From Candidatus Omnitrophota bacterium (GTDB lineage: Bacteria; Omnitrophota; Gorgyraeia; Zapsychrales; Zapsychraceae): DNA of 64,000 nt. The notes under the pieces were generated by a model that was not told the DNA's origin, made no database searches, and saw nothing but the letters and a program-made list of their open reading frames with translations. Shown piece by piece: positions 32,390 through 43,434 of this stretch. The DNA is taken from assembly GCA_029261065.1 (NCBI GenBank), contig JAJDCB010000006.1, positions 64,284 through 128,283 on the forward strand. Reading direction: 5' to 3'. Every line of letters starts with the position of its first letter. Within the stretch, counting starts at the first letter, position 1. Made by a program: the position numbers and the translations under genes.

Positions 32390-32525
32390 TTATTCATCAT
32401 ACTTTAGGATAGCATTTTGATTAGGTTGAACAAACTTCTACCTTGCTTCATCAAAAAAAAGCACTTCTGCGGAGTAGTGTGTCATCATAATTCTTTTGTC
32501 TAACATTTCTGGAAACTGATTGATA
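32390..32525 (-). pseudogene. 5'-truncated gene remnant with in-frame TAG
   Basis: Reads INQFPEMLDKRIMMTHYSAEVLFFDEAR*KFVQPNQNAILKYDE*, resembling the (Y/H)YS..lL.S..AR..FV.P end of a conserved hypothetical family. Confidence 0.45.
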
Positions 32526-32536
32526 GACGTTCACTT

Positions 32537-34855
32537 TTATTTACCATACTGTAGAATTATTTCCTTCAATTTAGCAACGGCAATTGGTTTTCCGAGAAAA
32601 TCATTCATTCCCGCATTTTTTGCACTCTTTTTGTCTTCCTCTAACACAGCTGCTGTTAATGCAATAATAGGCAAATTCTTTGTAATTTCTTCACGAATAA
32701 TCTTTGTTGCATCAATACCTCCCATAATAGGCATCTGCAAATCCATAAGACATAAATCATATTCCTTATTCTCTTTTAATTTATCGATAGCCTCCTGCCC
32801 ATTATTAAAAAATTCTCCTTTACAACCCAGCTGCTTAAAATATTCGCCAATTAATAATTGATTGGTAAGGACATCTTCAACAACCATTACAGTAATCCCC
32901 TTACATGAGCCTGTTAATTCATCGACCCCTCTGGTTTCAACTTTCCCATTGGGACCCATCACACTACTAAAAGCATTCATCAAAGCTTGCTTTGAAACCG
33001 GCTTTGTTACATAAGCATTAAATATTTGATTTTTGGGATCATGCTCCGTCTCTGCATTAATATCTGCTGTTACAGCAATGAAAACAGTTTTATTAAATTT
33101 ATCATTAAACCTAATCCTCTCTACCATTTGAAATCCGCTCATTTCCTTCATGATGATATCACTCACAATTATATCTGGAACGACATTTTTGGAATGGATT
33201 AATTCATCCAACTTATGTAAAGTTTCATTGGGCGATCTGCTCATACCTAAAATTCTTAAATTCAATGTTTCACAACACCTCTCAATAATTTTTAAAGAAA
33301 TTTGATTATCGTCTACAATAAACACTGTCTTATCACTTACTATATCAACCATTTTTAAGGGTTCTTCTCGGGCCTGCGATTTTTCCAAAGGCAATGTAAA
33401 AATAAATTCGCTTCCCTCTCCTTCTTTGGACTCAATCCATATTTCTCCTTCCATGGCTTCAACCAATGCCTTGGTGATCGTTAACCCCAAACCAGTTCCG
33501 CCAAATTTTCTCGTCGTTGATTCATCAGCCTGTGAAAACGATTCAAAAATTTTATCTTTTTTCTCCGAAGAAATTCCAATTCCACTGTCTTTTACAATAC
33601 ACTTAAGGACAACCTTATTTTTAAATGATTGTTTTTCAGACTTTTTGATAATGACACCGATCTCACCTTCTGAAGTAAATTTAATCGCGTTACCTAATAA
33701 ATTAACAAAGATTTGTTTTATACGTGTCGGATCTCCTTTTAAAAAAACAGGAGCTTCCAAGTCGATATCAACATAAGTGTCAAACGGCTTATCCTTCATT
33801 TTAGCCGCAATCATTTGAAATACTTCATAAATTATCTTTTCTAAATTAAAATCAACAACTTCTAGTTTTATTTTTCCTGATTCTAACTTTGAAATATCCA
33901 ATATATCATCGATAATACCAAGCAATAATTCCCCGCTTCCTTGAACAGAATTGAGATAACTCTTTTGCTTATCACTTAAAGACGTCTTTTCTAATAAATC
34001 GCTAAAACCCAAAATAGAATTCATCGGCGTACGTATTTCATGACTCATATTAGCAAGAAAGTCGCTCTTGGCTTTTGCCGCCTTGGTTGCCGCCTTGGAT
34101 AACTCTTCAGCTTTATCTTTTGAGATTATTGTTTTTTGTAAATTCTCCGCCATAGAATTAAACGACTTGGCCAAAGCACCAATTTCATCTTTTGACTGTA
34201 TATCAACTTTAAAATCAAAGTTTCCCTCCGCAATTTTTTTTGTTCCCTCTACTAATTTAGAAATTGGCCGATTAATCATTCTTGAAAATAACAAAGCAAA
34301 AAGGATCCCCACCAAAATCACAATCAACCCCAACTTAATATTTTCTTTCTGAACCACAACTAACTCTTCCTTTATGTGTTCAAAAGTAAGACCGACACGG
34401 ATACCACCTAACTTTTCATCTCCAAGAAAAATTGGAACCGTAATATCTAAAACATCATTATTCTTCTGAATCAACTGAGAGTGCGCTTTAATGGCATTTT
34501 GACTAAACGTATCATCAAGAATATCATCACGAAATTTATTTTCAATTGTCCCATCTGTAAGTATTCGCCCATCTTCATCAAAAGCATAGACATAGATAAC
34601 AACATCTTGCGCTAACGCGTTAGATAAATTTGTTCTCAACAGTCCTAGATTATATTGTTTAAGAGGATTAACAACATTCGCTTTCAAAATCTTTGCCATT
34701 CCAACAGCATTATCTGTTAAATAATCTTGAGATTGCTTCTTTTGTTCTTTGATGTTAAAGAAAATGAAAGTACTGCTGGAGATAAAAACAATAATAAGGA
34801 TACCGTAGAGAAGCTTTGCTCTCAAACTTAAATTAAACTGACTAATAATTGCCAT
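32537..34855 (-). CDS. hybrid sensor histidine kinase (periplasmic sensor-HAMP-HisKA-HATPase-2xREC)
   Basis: Two TMs, DEIGALAKSFNSM, FLANMSHEIRTP, GGTGLGL, two receiver domains. Confidence 0.93.
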   Translation of the reverse strand: MAIISQFNLSLRAKLLYGILIIVFISSSTFIFFNIKEQKKQSQDYLTDNAVGMAKILKANVVNPLKQYNLGLLRTNLSNALAQDVVIYVYAFDEDGRILTDGTIENKFRDDILDDTFSQNAIKAHSQLIQKNNDVLDITVPIFLGDEKLGGIRVGLTFEHIKEELVVVQKENIKLGLIVILVGILFALLFSRMINRPISKLVEGTKKIAEGNFDFKVDIQSKDEIGALAKSFNSMAENLQKTIISKDKAEELSKAATKAAKAKSDFLANMSHEIRTPMNSILGFSDLLEKTSLSDKQKSYLNSVQGSGELLLGIIDDILDISKLESGKIKLEVVDFNLEKIIYEVFQMIAAKMKDKPFDTYVDIDLEAPVFLKGDPTRIKQIFVNLLGNAIKFTSEGEIGVIIKKSEKQSFKNKVVLKCIVKDSGIGISSEKKDKIFESFSQADESTTRKFGGTGLGLTITKALVEAMEGEIWIESKEGEGSEFIFTLPLEKSQAREEPLKMVDIVSDKTVFIVDDNQISLKIIERCCETLNLRILGMSRSPNETLHKLDELIHSKNVVPDIIVSDIIMKEMSGFQMVERIRFNDKFNKTVFIAVTADINAETEHDPKNQIFNAYVTKPVSKQALMNAFSSVMGPNGKVETRGVDELTGSCKGITVMVVEDVLTNQLLIGEYFKQLGCKGEFFNNGQEAIDKLKENKEYDLCLMDLQMPIMGGIDATKIIREEITKNLPIIALTAAVLEEDKKSAKNAGMNDFLGKPIAVAKLKEIILQYGK

Positions 34856-34870
34856 TAATTTCCCTTAAAT

Positions 34871-35767
34871 TTATTTTAGGTATTCTGACAATTCTTGAAT
34901 AGGAAGAAAATAATCTTGATCGCCTTTTGGAAACTCATCAAATTTTGCCGTTTTCTCAAAACCTTTAAGAATCGATTGACCATCCTTAGACATATGTGCG
35001 TTTAACAACACTTCTTTAACAGCTAATACGATGTTTGGATCTAAATCTTTTCTATAGGCAACAACCTGTCTAGGAACGCTAATTGTCTCAAATATTATCT
35101 TTAATTCGTCTGCTCTTTTTTTTGCCAGCTCCTTAAAATTCTTCATGCTTAGAGCACCTGCATCTACCTTATTTCGAAGAACCCACATCATTGTCGTTTC
35201 ATCATCGTAAGAATTCACATACCCTAACTTTTCCTCAGGCACAAGATCCATAAATGATTCTTTTTCCTCAAGAAGAATGCCTGCTTGAAGCAAACTTGAC
35301 CTTGGTAGAAGACTTGATGATGTCGAAAATGGTTCTTCAAAAGAAATCATTTTTCCATTTAATTCTTGAATCGAATTTATTCCACTATCTTTGCGCACAA
35401 AAATTACAGAATTGTATTCTACGACACCTTTCTTCCAACGTCTAACCAATGGCTCAACACCCACCTTTGCTCCAATTTGTAATACTGGAAAAGGACTATC
35501 TATATAGAGGTCTATCTCACGCTTCTTTAATAACGAGACCATTTCATCCACAGACGTAGCAACGACAACTTTTTCAGATTCAATCCCCTGCTCCTTTAAC
35601 TGCGAGGCCAAATATTGAACAAAAGGTCTATATGTTTCAACTTCTTCTTTAGGTTCACTCGTTATAGTCCCTACCTTAATGAACTTGTCGTTAGCACTAA
35701 CATTTGAAGTAGCGCTAGCCATAAAGGTCATTACTATAAAAAATAACACTCCATATCGATTTTTCAT
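34871..35767 (-). CDS. PhnD-like phosphate/phosphonate-type substrate-binding protein
   Basis: Signal peptide, YNSVIFVRKDSGI, STSSSLLPR, VDAGA, VPRQVVAYRKDL. Confidence 0.8.
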   Translation of the reverse strand: MKNRYGVLFFIVMTFMASATSNVSANDKFIKVGTITSEPKEEVETYRPFVQYLASQLKEQGIESEKVVVATSVDEMVSLLKKREIDLYIDSPFPVLQIGAKVGVEPLVRRWKKGVVEYNSVIFVRKDSGINSIQELNGKMISFEEPFSTSSSLLPRSSLLQAGILLEEKESFMDLVPEEKLGYVNSYDDETTMMWVLRNKVDAGALSMKNFKELAKKRADELKIIFETISVPRQVVAYRKDLDPNIVLAVKEVLLNAHMSKDGQSILKGFEKTAKFDEFPKGDQDYFLPIQELSEYLK

Positions 35768-35790
35768 ACACGTTCCCTTCCTATTATTTT

Positions 35791-37122
35791 TTAAAATTCG
35801 TATTCAAGCTGCATCACAAATTCATTATTATCAATATCACCAGCACCTGTTGTTTCTTTTTCAATGGTGTATTCCGTTTTAAGTTTGAAGTTCTCAACAA
35901 TGTCAGTAATAACGGCAAAGGTAAATTCTTCTCGATCCCATGACACTGGCTTATCAAATGTCTTAGGACTATCCACCACTAAGGCGCCATACCTAAACAA
36001 AAGCCTATGATCATTGATATACTTCCAACCAAAGGGTAGCTCAAATTTATACGATGGTTGAACAAACCAAGCATATCGCTCTAATTGACCATCCTTGGCA
36101 TCAATAAACTGACCAAAGAAGTGAAAGTTTTCGCGCTCATATTCAAGATTAACACCTGCCCTGTATTGATCATGGGTTTCAACGCCATAACTATTAAGAT
36201 TAGCCTTTAAAACAGCAATGTCTGCTGCACTTAAGTGATCATAAAGTCCAAAAACTAAAACATCAATTTCACCAAGATCGTCTAATTCTTTCTTGATCCC
36301 AATACCAGCAGAAACTTGTTTAATTCCATTCCATGCCGACTTTCTATGATCATCATGAAGAACTGAATAAGCATCAGAAACAGAATCATCTTCTCCGGTA
36401 GGTCTTAAATCTAATTCCGTACCTTGACCCCAGGCTAACGCTGTGTAAAATGTTTCGAATTCTGATTCCAACAAAAACCCAACCTCTTCATCCCTCCAGA
36501 AAGCATTAGCAATTAAAGGATATCTTTCGGTCAGATGGTTTGCTTTAAAGAAACGGTCATCTTTTCCTATTTGTAAGGTTGTGTTAAAAGGCAGAAGGTT
36601 TTTAAAAATAAAATAAAACTCATCCGGATCAACTTCAGACTCTGCAAAGTCTAAATCTGCCTCGAAGCGTATATTTTCCGTTATTTGAATTTCAGGTTCT
36701 AAACGAATCTTATCCAATTGAAAATGGGGTTCGGCCTCTCCTGTTGAAACATCCTTTCCTGTATCGACAAACTCCCATTCAATCTCTCCATGCCACTCAA
36801 TTTTATGAAACAAATCCTCTGGACGTACCGCGCTATGACCTTCTCCGGAACTAGCCACTTGAACCTCTAAAGAATCAATTTCTTTTTCCATCTGAACAAT
36901 CTTCTCTGCAGAGACTGTTTTGTGACCGGCTTCTTTTTCAGATTCCAATTTATTAATTTTCTTCTGCATTTTTTGCATTTCTTCTGCTTGCGATTTTATC
37001 TGTATTTGCATAACCTTCATTTGTTCTTTTAATTCAGAAAAATCATCCGCATAAAGTGGCGTTAAAAACGATGATAAAAAAATAGCCGTTAAAAAAACAG
37101 AAATCATCGAAATTCTATTCAT
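35791..37122 (-). CDS. putative outer-membrane beta-barrel porin with N-terminal coiled coil (start probably 37122)
   Basis: Signal peptide, ELKEQMKVMQ heptads, alternating strands, terminal QLEYEF. Confidence 0.65.
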   Translation of the reverse strand: MNRISMISVFLTAIFLSSFLTPLYADDFSELKEQMKVMQIQIKSQAEEMQKMQKKINKLESEKEAGHKTVSAEKIVQMEKEIDSLEVQVASSGEGHSAVRPEDLFHKIEWHGEIEWEFVDTGKDVSTGEAEPHFQLDKIRLEPEIQITENIRFEADLDFAESEVDPDEFYFIFKNLLPFNTTLQIGKDDRFFKANHLTERYPLIANAFWRDEEVGFLLESEFETFYTALAWGQGTELDLRPTGEDDSVSDAYSVLHDDHRKSAWNGIKQVSAGIGIKKELDDLGEIDVLVFGLYDHLSAADIAVLKANLNSYGVETHDQYRAGVNLEYERENFHFFGQFIDAKDGQLERYAWFVQPSYKFELPFGWKYINDHRLLFRYGALVVDSPKTFDKPVSWDREEFTFAVITDIVENFKLKTEYTIEKETTGAGDIDNNEFVMQLEYEF

Positions 37123-37298
37123 TTTATACTCTCCCAATTTATATAAGCTTAATAATAGTATTAAAAGACTTTTTAATCATAGTTGAATACACATGCTACA
37201 ACAACTACAAACTGCTATTTATCGATACCGCGCTCTATCATTAATAGGCATAAAAAAAACCTTTCGAGTTTTTGGAAAAACCGATTGGGGAAATATTA

Positions 37299-37362
37299 AT
37301 TTACTGGTGTTTACTGCTGTTTGCTTATTATCAGGCTTATTGTGTTACATATATGTTATCGC
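37299..37362. repeat. 64-bp boundary motif, copy 2
   Basis: atttactggt gtttactgct gtttgcttat tatcaggcttattgtgttacatatatgttatcgc. Confidence 0.8.
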
Positions 37363-37502
37363 GTTTTTTCAAATTTTGCTTCCAAACTTTATAATGAGGG
37401 CTGACACCATATCATTGTTCTTAATTAAGAAGTTGATCCTTATCATTCCTATTTTTATCCATATCTTGATACAACCAAACCATTCGATCTAAAAACCAAG
37501 TC

Positions 37503-38057
37503 TTACCAAGCATTGTGATCACTGTTCCAAATACCGCATTTTTTAATACGTTCACCCACATAGGTGACGCCAAGTCCTAGAAGTGCACTTAAACAGTTTA
37601 ACCCAACATCTTTCAATTCATAATACCGATCGGGCAATAGATACTGTATTCCTTCATCACCCCACCCAGCCAATGACGTTAATAAAAATGCCAACAGATA
37701 GACCAAAGGCGGATTAACACTTAAGCGCAATGCCTGAAAAACGAGAAAAACGAGCACCCCATATTGGATAAAATGAAATCTCTCCTCGGGTAATGGGATA
37801 CTCACAATTGAAATACCGTACGCTAACAAAATCATAATAATACAAAGAACACTCAAAACATCAATGGAACGATAGCGTTGATATAACCATCGAAACGCGA
37901 TAAAAACAATAATCAAAAAAATAAAACCGAGAGTCAGCCGCAGAAGATTGCGTTCTCGTAAAAATGTGGCAATAGGCCGCACAAACGGTAAACTAGCGTA
38001 AATAGATAAAAGCCAACCAAGTGCCCACGCCCACCTTAACTTCAAACTATTTCTCAC
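37503..38057 (-). CDS. VanZ family membrane protein
   Basis: EERFHFIQYG, DEGIQYLLPDRY, DVGLN. Confidence 0.8.
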   Translation of the reverse strand: MRNSLKLRWAWALGWLLSIYASLPFVRPIATFLRERNLLRLTLGFIFLIIVFIAFRWLYQRYRSIDVLSVLCIIMILLAYGISIVSIPLPEERFHFIQYGVLVFLVFQALRLSVNPPLVYLLAFLLTSLAGWGDEGIQYLLPDRYYELKDVGLNCLSALLGLGVTYVGERIKKCGIWNSDHNAW

Positions 38058-38881
38058 ATCTTCTCCTTATTAACCAGCCAGCCATCGATGTCTGCAATCA
38101 ACTTAATATTTCCGTTGTAATCCGTACGATACAATGGTGCCCGCCATTTATTAAGGAGATTTAAATCAGGCAGATTCCATTGATTAGGCCCGGTCGAAAC
38201 AATAGCCGGCCTGGCTAAAAATAATTCTTTCATGGTCTCTGAAATATTATCGCCATGATGTGGCACCTGTAATGCATCAGCCATTTTTAATTGAGGGTAG
38301 CGTGATAAATAATAATCCTGGCGGGCTTGTCCGATATCGGAAGTTAGCCAAAGAGAACTTTCTTCATCTTTAATAAAACTCTGAATGGAATTATCATTGC
38401 GGCTGGATTGCGGATCAATGTGACAAAAAATTTGCAATACGGCCTTCTCTGCGAGAGGAAGAATTTGTTGTCCATCATCAAACACACTAACTGGGATACC
38501 AAGTTGAGACAAACTCTCAAGCAGCTGCGTGTATTCTTCTGGACCTTCGAGGCTATTGATAATCACTTCTTTAATGACAATGTTACCCAACAAATCATCA
38601 AGCCCCAGAAAATGATTATGATCAGCATGAGTAATAACAACCGCTTCGAGCGTATCAACCCCTCGATCTTTTAAAGAATCCAAAACCGACTCACCGGCAT
38701 CAATCAAATACTGCTTGCCGCCGGTAACACCCACCAAGATAGCGTCAGCATAACCGACGTCAAAAAAAGTAACTTCCGTACGCTGCTCATCTTGCGCGTC
38801 TGGTGCAACGATAGCAAACACACATAAACAAAGTACTAAAACAATTCTAAGAAAAATTCGCCTAATATGAGGAAATAACAT
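38054..38881 (-). CDS. ComEC/Rec2-type MBL-fold hydrolase domain protein (start probably 38881)
   Basis: FFDVGYADA, LIDAG, THADHNH, NDNS, VPHHG, YRTD. Confidence 0.8.
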   Translation of the reverse strand: MLFPHIRRIFLRIVLVLCLCVFAIVAPDAQDEQRTEVTFFDVGYADAILVGVTGGKQYLIDAGESVLDSLKDRGVDTLEAVVITHADHNHFLGLDDLLGNIVIKEVIINSLEGPEEYTQLLESLSQLGIPVSVFDDGQQILPLAEKAVLQIFCHIDPQSSRNDNSIQSFIKDEESSLWLTSDIGQARQDYYLSRYPQLKMADALQVPHHGDNISETMKELFLARPAIVSTGPNQWNLPDLNLLNKWRAPLYRTDYNGNIKLIADIDGWLVNKEKM

Positions 38882-38948
38882 GCATTGATTATAACACAAA
38901 ATTGTATAATGAAAACGAAGGGACTACTCTAGACTTGCCGACACCTCT

Positions 38949-39791
38949 CTATTCTTTATACAAATACGAAGCGTGAAAATTAATGTGATCTTCTATGAAT
39001 GTAGAAATGAAATAATAACTATGGTCATACCCTTCTTGAAAACGAATCTCTGCCTTAAACCCAAATTTTTGACAAGCATCTTGTAATATATTCGTCTTAA
39101 GCTGTGTTTCCAAAAACTCATCGCTTGTACCCTGATCAACCAACAGCGGTAAAGACTCTTTATCTTCTTGAATTAAAACGCTAGCATCATAAGCCGCCCA
39201 TGTTTTTTTATCATCACCTAAATAATGTGTGAATACTTTCTTTCCCCAAGGGCACTGCATGGGCGCACATATTGGGGCAAATGCAGATACAGACTTAAAC
39301 ATGGATCTATTTTTTAAAGCTATCACTAACGCTCCATGCCCGCCCATAGAATGACCCGATATACTTAGCCGCCTCATCTCTGCATTAAAATTATCATTGA
39401 TAAGTAAGGGCAGTTCCTTAACAACATAGTCATACATATTATAATTTGTCTTCCAAAGTGTTGTGGTTGCATTAACATAAAACCCTGCACCTGATCCAAA
39501 GTCCCAATGATCATGTTCCCCTTCAATATTTGTCCCCCGAGGACTTGTATCCGGACAAACAATCATAATTCCTTGCCCGTTAGCATATTGCTGAGCTCCT
39601 GCTTTTGCCATAAAGTTTTCTTCACTACATGTTAGCCCAGACAACCAAAACAAAACGGGCACTTTTTTCTCTTTTGCTTTTTCTGGAATAAATACCGAGA
39701 ACTTCATCTCTGTATTTGTAGAAGTGGATTCATGCGAATAATATTTAACCGCACCATCAAAACATTTATTTTCTTTAATAAGTTTAATCAT
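38949..39791 (-). CDS. fghA: S-formylglutathione hydrolase
   Basis: WLSGLTC, PDTSPRG, GAGFYVNAT, GHSMGGHGA, YDHSYYF. Confidence 0.95.
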   Translation of the reverse strand: MIKLIKENKCFDGAVKYYSHESTSTNTEMKFSVFIPEKAKEKKVPVLFWLSGLTCSEENFMAKAGAQQYANGQGIMIVCPDTSPRGTNIEGEHDHWDFGSGAGFYVNATTTLWKTNYNMYDYVVKELPLLINDNFNAEMRRLSISGHSMGGHGALVIALKNRSMFKSVSAFAPICAPMQCPWGKKVFTHYLGDDKKTWAAYDASVLIQEDKESLPLLVDQGTSDEFLETQLKTNILQDACQKFGFKAEIRFQEGYDHSYYFISTFIEDHINFHASYLYKE

Positions 39792-39798
39792 GATTATC

Positions 39799-40923
<1,125 letters not shown>

Positions 40924-40948
40924 TCAAATTTTTGTTTATTGATACTGG

Positions 40949-42358
40949 TTACTTTTTATTTCGGCCATACGGACGTTTCCATTTTGATGCTTTTGGTTTT
41001 CTAGGCGAACCGGATGAAGCTTCTTTCTTTTGTGTCATTGATTTCTTTGGCTTATGTTGCGGCTTTGATTTTTTTACTGTGGATCGAGCTTTAGATGTCT
41101 TAGGCCTACTCTGTGTGTTTGCAGCTTCATACGTTTTTGTTTTCTTTGGTTTCTTTGGTTTCTTTGGTTTCTTTGATTTCTTTGATTTTTTTGGACGCAA
41201 ATCTAGACGAGATGCCGGTAATTTTCGATCAGGGTTAAAACCTTCTATCATCTGACGAGGTATTACCTGTTTAATCAAACGTTCAATATCCGCAAGTTCC
41301 TTAAATTCCTCAGCGGACACCAACGAAAAAGCATGTCCATTGGATCCAGCTCGACCTGTTCGCCCAATACGATGCACATAATCTTCAGCCACATTCGGCA
41401 AATCAAAATTAACAACTTGAGGAAGTTGATTAATATCAATGCCACGAGCAGCAATATCTGTTGCAACTAAAACCCGAACAACTCCCTTCTTAAAATCCGC
41501 GAGTGCTTTTGTGCGAGCTCCTTGACTTTTATTTCCATGGATCGCCGTCGCTGTAATTTTTGATTGTTCCAGATGTTTCGTTAGTCGGTTGGCGCCATGT
41601 TTTGTTCTACAAAAAACAAGAACTTGTTGCCATTTATGTTTATTAATTAATTTCGTAAGTAGCGCTGACTTACTTTTTTTATCCACCGGATGAAGCCACT
41701 GCTCGACCGTATCAACTGTCGTATTGCGTGGCGTTACTGAAATCTCAACTGGATTATTTATAATTGTTTTTGCAAGTGTACGAACTTCATCAGAAAATGT
41801 TGCTGAAAACAATAAACTCTGACGTTTCTTTGGAAGGTGAGATATTATCTTTCGGATATCCTTAATAAATCCCATATCAAGCATACGATCCCCTTCATCT
41901 AAAACTAAAACTTCAAGAGTCGTAAACTTAACGGCTTTCTGATTATAAAGATCCAGTAAACGACCTGGCGTTGCCACGAGCACATCAACACCCCGACGAA
42001 GTTTCTTCATTTGTGGATTAATCCCTACGCCACCGAATACAACGGCAGAACGCAAAGATAAATATTTACCATAAACCTCCACACTCTCGTGAACCTGTGC
42101 GGCCAACTCTCGGGTTGGTGTTAAGATAAGAACACGCGCTTGATTATGTTGAACCGGCTTTCCTTTTGCAAGACCATGCAAAATAGGTAAAACAAACGCC
42201 GCCGTCTTACCCGTGCCTGTTTGCGCCGCTGCCATAACATCTTTTCCTTTAAGCACCGCTTCAATACCCTGGGCTTGAATTGGCGTTGGTGTATCATATC
42301 CTTTATCAGCTATCGCCTTAAGAAGCGCGTCTGACAAACCCATTTCTGAAAATTTCAT
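40949..42358 (-). CDS. rhlE: DEAD-box RNA helicase, RhlE-like
   Basis: Q motif, [29 protein letters not shown]; Lys-rich tail. Confidence 0.88.
   Translation of the reverse strand: MKFSEMGLSDALLKAIADKGYDTPTPIQAQGIEAVLKGKDVMAAAQTGTGKTAAFVLPILHGLAKGKPVQHNQARVLILTPTRELAAQVHESVEVYGKYLSLRSAVVFGGVGINPQMKKLRRGVDVLVATPGRLLDLYNQKAVKFTTLEVLVLDEGDRMLDMGFIKDIRKIISHLPKKRQSLLFSATFSDEVRTLAKTIINNPVEISVTPRNTTVDTVEQWLHPVDKKSKSALLTKLINKHKWQQVLVFCRTKHGANRLTKHLEQSKITATAIHGNKSQGARTKALADFKKGVVRVLVATDIAARGIDINQLPQVVNFDLPNVAEDYVHRIGRTGRAGSNGHAFSLVSAEEFKELADIERLIKQVIPRQMIEGFNPDRKLPASRLDLRPKKSKKSKKPKKPKKPKKTKTYEAANTQSRPKTSKARSTVKKSKPQHKPKKSMTQKKEASSGSPRKPKASKWKRPYGRNKK
41141..41185. repeat. in-frame 9-bp tandem repeat (5 units)
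   Basis: (tttctttgg)x3 (tttctttga)x2 encoding SKK/PKK in the helicase tail. Confidence 0.85.
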
Positions 42359-42450
42359 AAGTTATCTTTTTTTAATTCTGTTTAATATAATTTTTACGGA
42401 AAAGTAACCCTAATTTTTGGGCGTTACCACGCAACATGTTTTCATGTTGC

Positions 42451-42481
42451 GAAAAGGTAATGCCAGCTTTTGGGCATTACC
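42451..42481 (-). terminator. possible intrinsic terminator overlapping the stop of 42477-43172
   Basis: GGTAATGCC-8 nt loop-GGCATTACC followed by TTTTC. Confidence 0.5.
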
Positions 42482-43172
42482 GCCCAAAAAACAAATAATC
42501 CGTATGTTCTTCATTGTTAAGAAATTTATGTATAAATGTTATCGGCTCAACACGCACCTCACGAAACACACCCCGCAAAGCATCTGCAAAAGGAGAATCT
42601 TGGGCATAAGACCAAACAGCAAGCACGCCATTCTCGTTTAAATGTTTACATGCCGCCTCAAGCCCTTCTCTAGTATAAAATTGTCCAATCTTCGTATCTA
42701 ATCGCTCATCAGGAGAATGATCGACATCAATGAGAATCACATCAAATTTCTTTTCTGGTTCACCAGCCAACTGCTCATAAATATCTCCTTGGACAATTTT
42801 CAGACGATCATCGCCCAAAAGCTCTTTAGATAACGGCACCAATCCTTCATTCATCCACGAAATAACCTGCGGTAGAAATTCAACAACCTCAAGAGATTCA
42901 ACTTGTTTGCTACCTAATGCTTCATACGCCGTATATCCTAACCCCAAACCTCCCACTAAAACAGTTAAATCATTCCCCCCATGCATCTTTAGGGCAATCT
43001 TTGATAATGCACGCTCAGAATCCGTATGATAACTACTCATTAAAAATTCATGATTAAGTGTAATTTCTGTCACTATTATTGTTGGATCTTGTAATGACCG
43101 ACGACGTCTTAAACACAACATCCCCAAAGAGGTTTGCTCATAGGCGAGTATTTCTAAATTTGATTCTGCCAT
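42477..43172 (-). CDS. spermidine synthase-like SAM-dependent transferase
   Basis: FLMSS, VLVGGLGLGYTA, VVE, FDVILIDVDHSP, GVLAVWS. Confidence 0.75.
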   Translation of the reverse strand: MAESNLEILAYEQTSLGMLCLRRRRSLQDPTIIVTEITLNHEFLMSSYHTDSERALSKIALKMHGGNDLTVLVGGLGLGYTAYEALGSKQVESLEVVEFLPQVISWMNEGLVPLSKELLGDDRLKIVQGDIYEQLAGEPEKKFDVILIDVDHSPDERLDTKIGQFYTREGLEAACKHLNENGVLAVWSYAQDSPFADALRGVFREVRVEPITFIHKFLNNEEHTDYLFFGR

Positions 43173-43337
43173 TTTCCTTCTTTACTCAAAGTCATTAGCC
43201 CCTCTTGGAATTTCGTTAAAGCATCGAAATTCCTAAACAAAATTAATATGACCTATCATACTCTTTATTTGAGATATTGCAAAATTGGAAGACAAGAACA
43301 GGCGAGATCTCAGCATCCACAAGCTACACGGAAACCA

Positions 43338-43358
43338 CTGCGACCTTCAGGTTATAAG
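43338..43358 (-). repeat. fragment of initiator tRNA-Met (att-like scar)
   Basis: Minus strand CTTATAACCTGAAGGTCGCAG. Confidence 0.65.
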
Positions 43359-43370
43359 AACGTTCAAAGT

Positions 43371-43434
43371 CTTTGCTGGTGTTTGCTGGTATTTACTTGT
43401 TCTCACGCCTGTTTTGTTACACATACTTTATCGC
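43371..43434. repeat. 64-bp boundary motif, copy 3 (contains the stop codon of the permease gene)
   Basis: ctttgctggt gtttgctggt atttacttgt tctcacgcctgttttgttacacatactttatcgc; last 34 nt 27/34 identical to copy 1. Confidence 0.8.

Noticed and set aside
37193-37492. 99-aa hydrophobic plus-strand ORF in an intergenic gap
   Set aside because: Runs through the T-rich 64-bp motif, which partly explains the hydrophobicity; no SD or family match.
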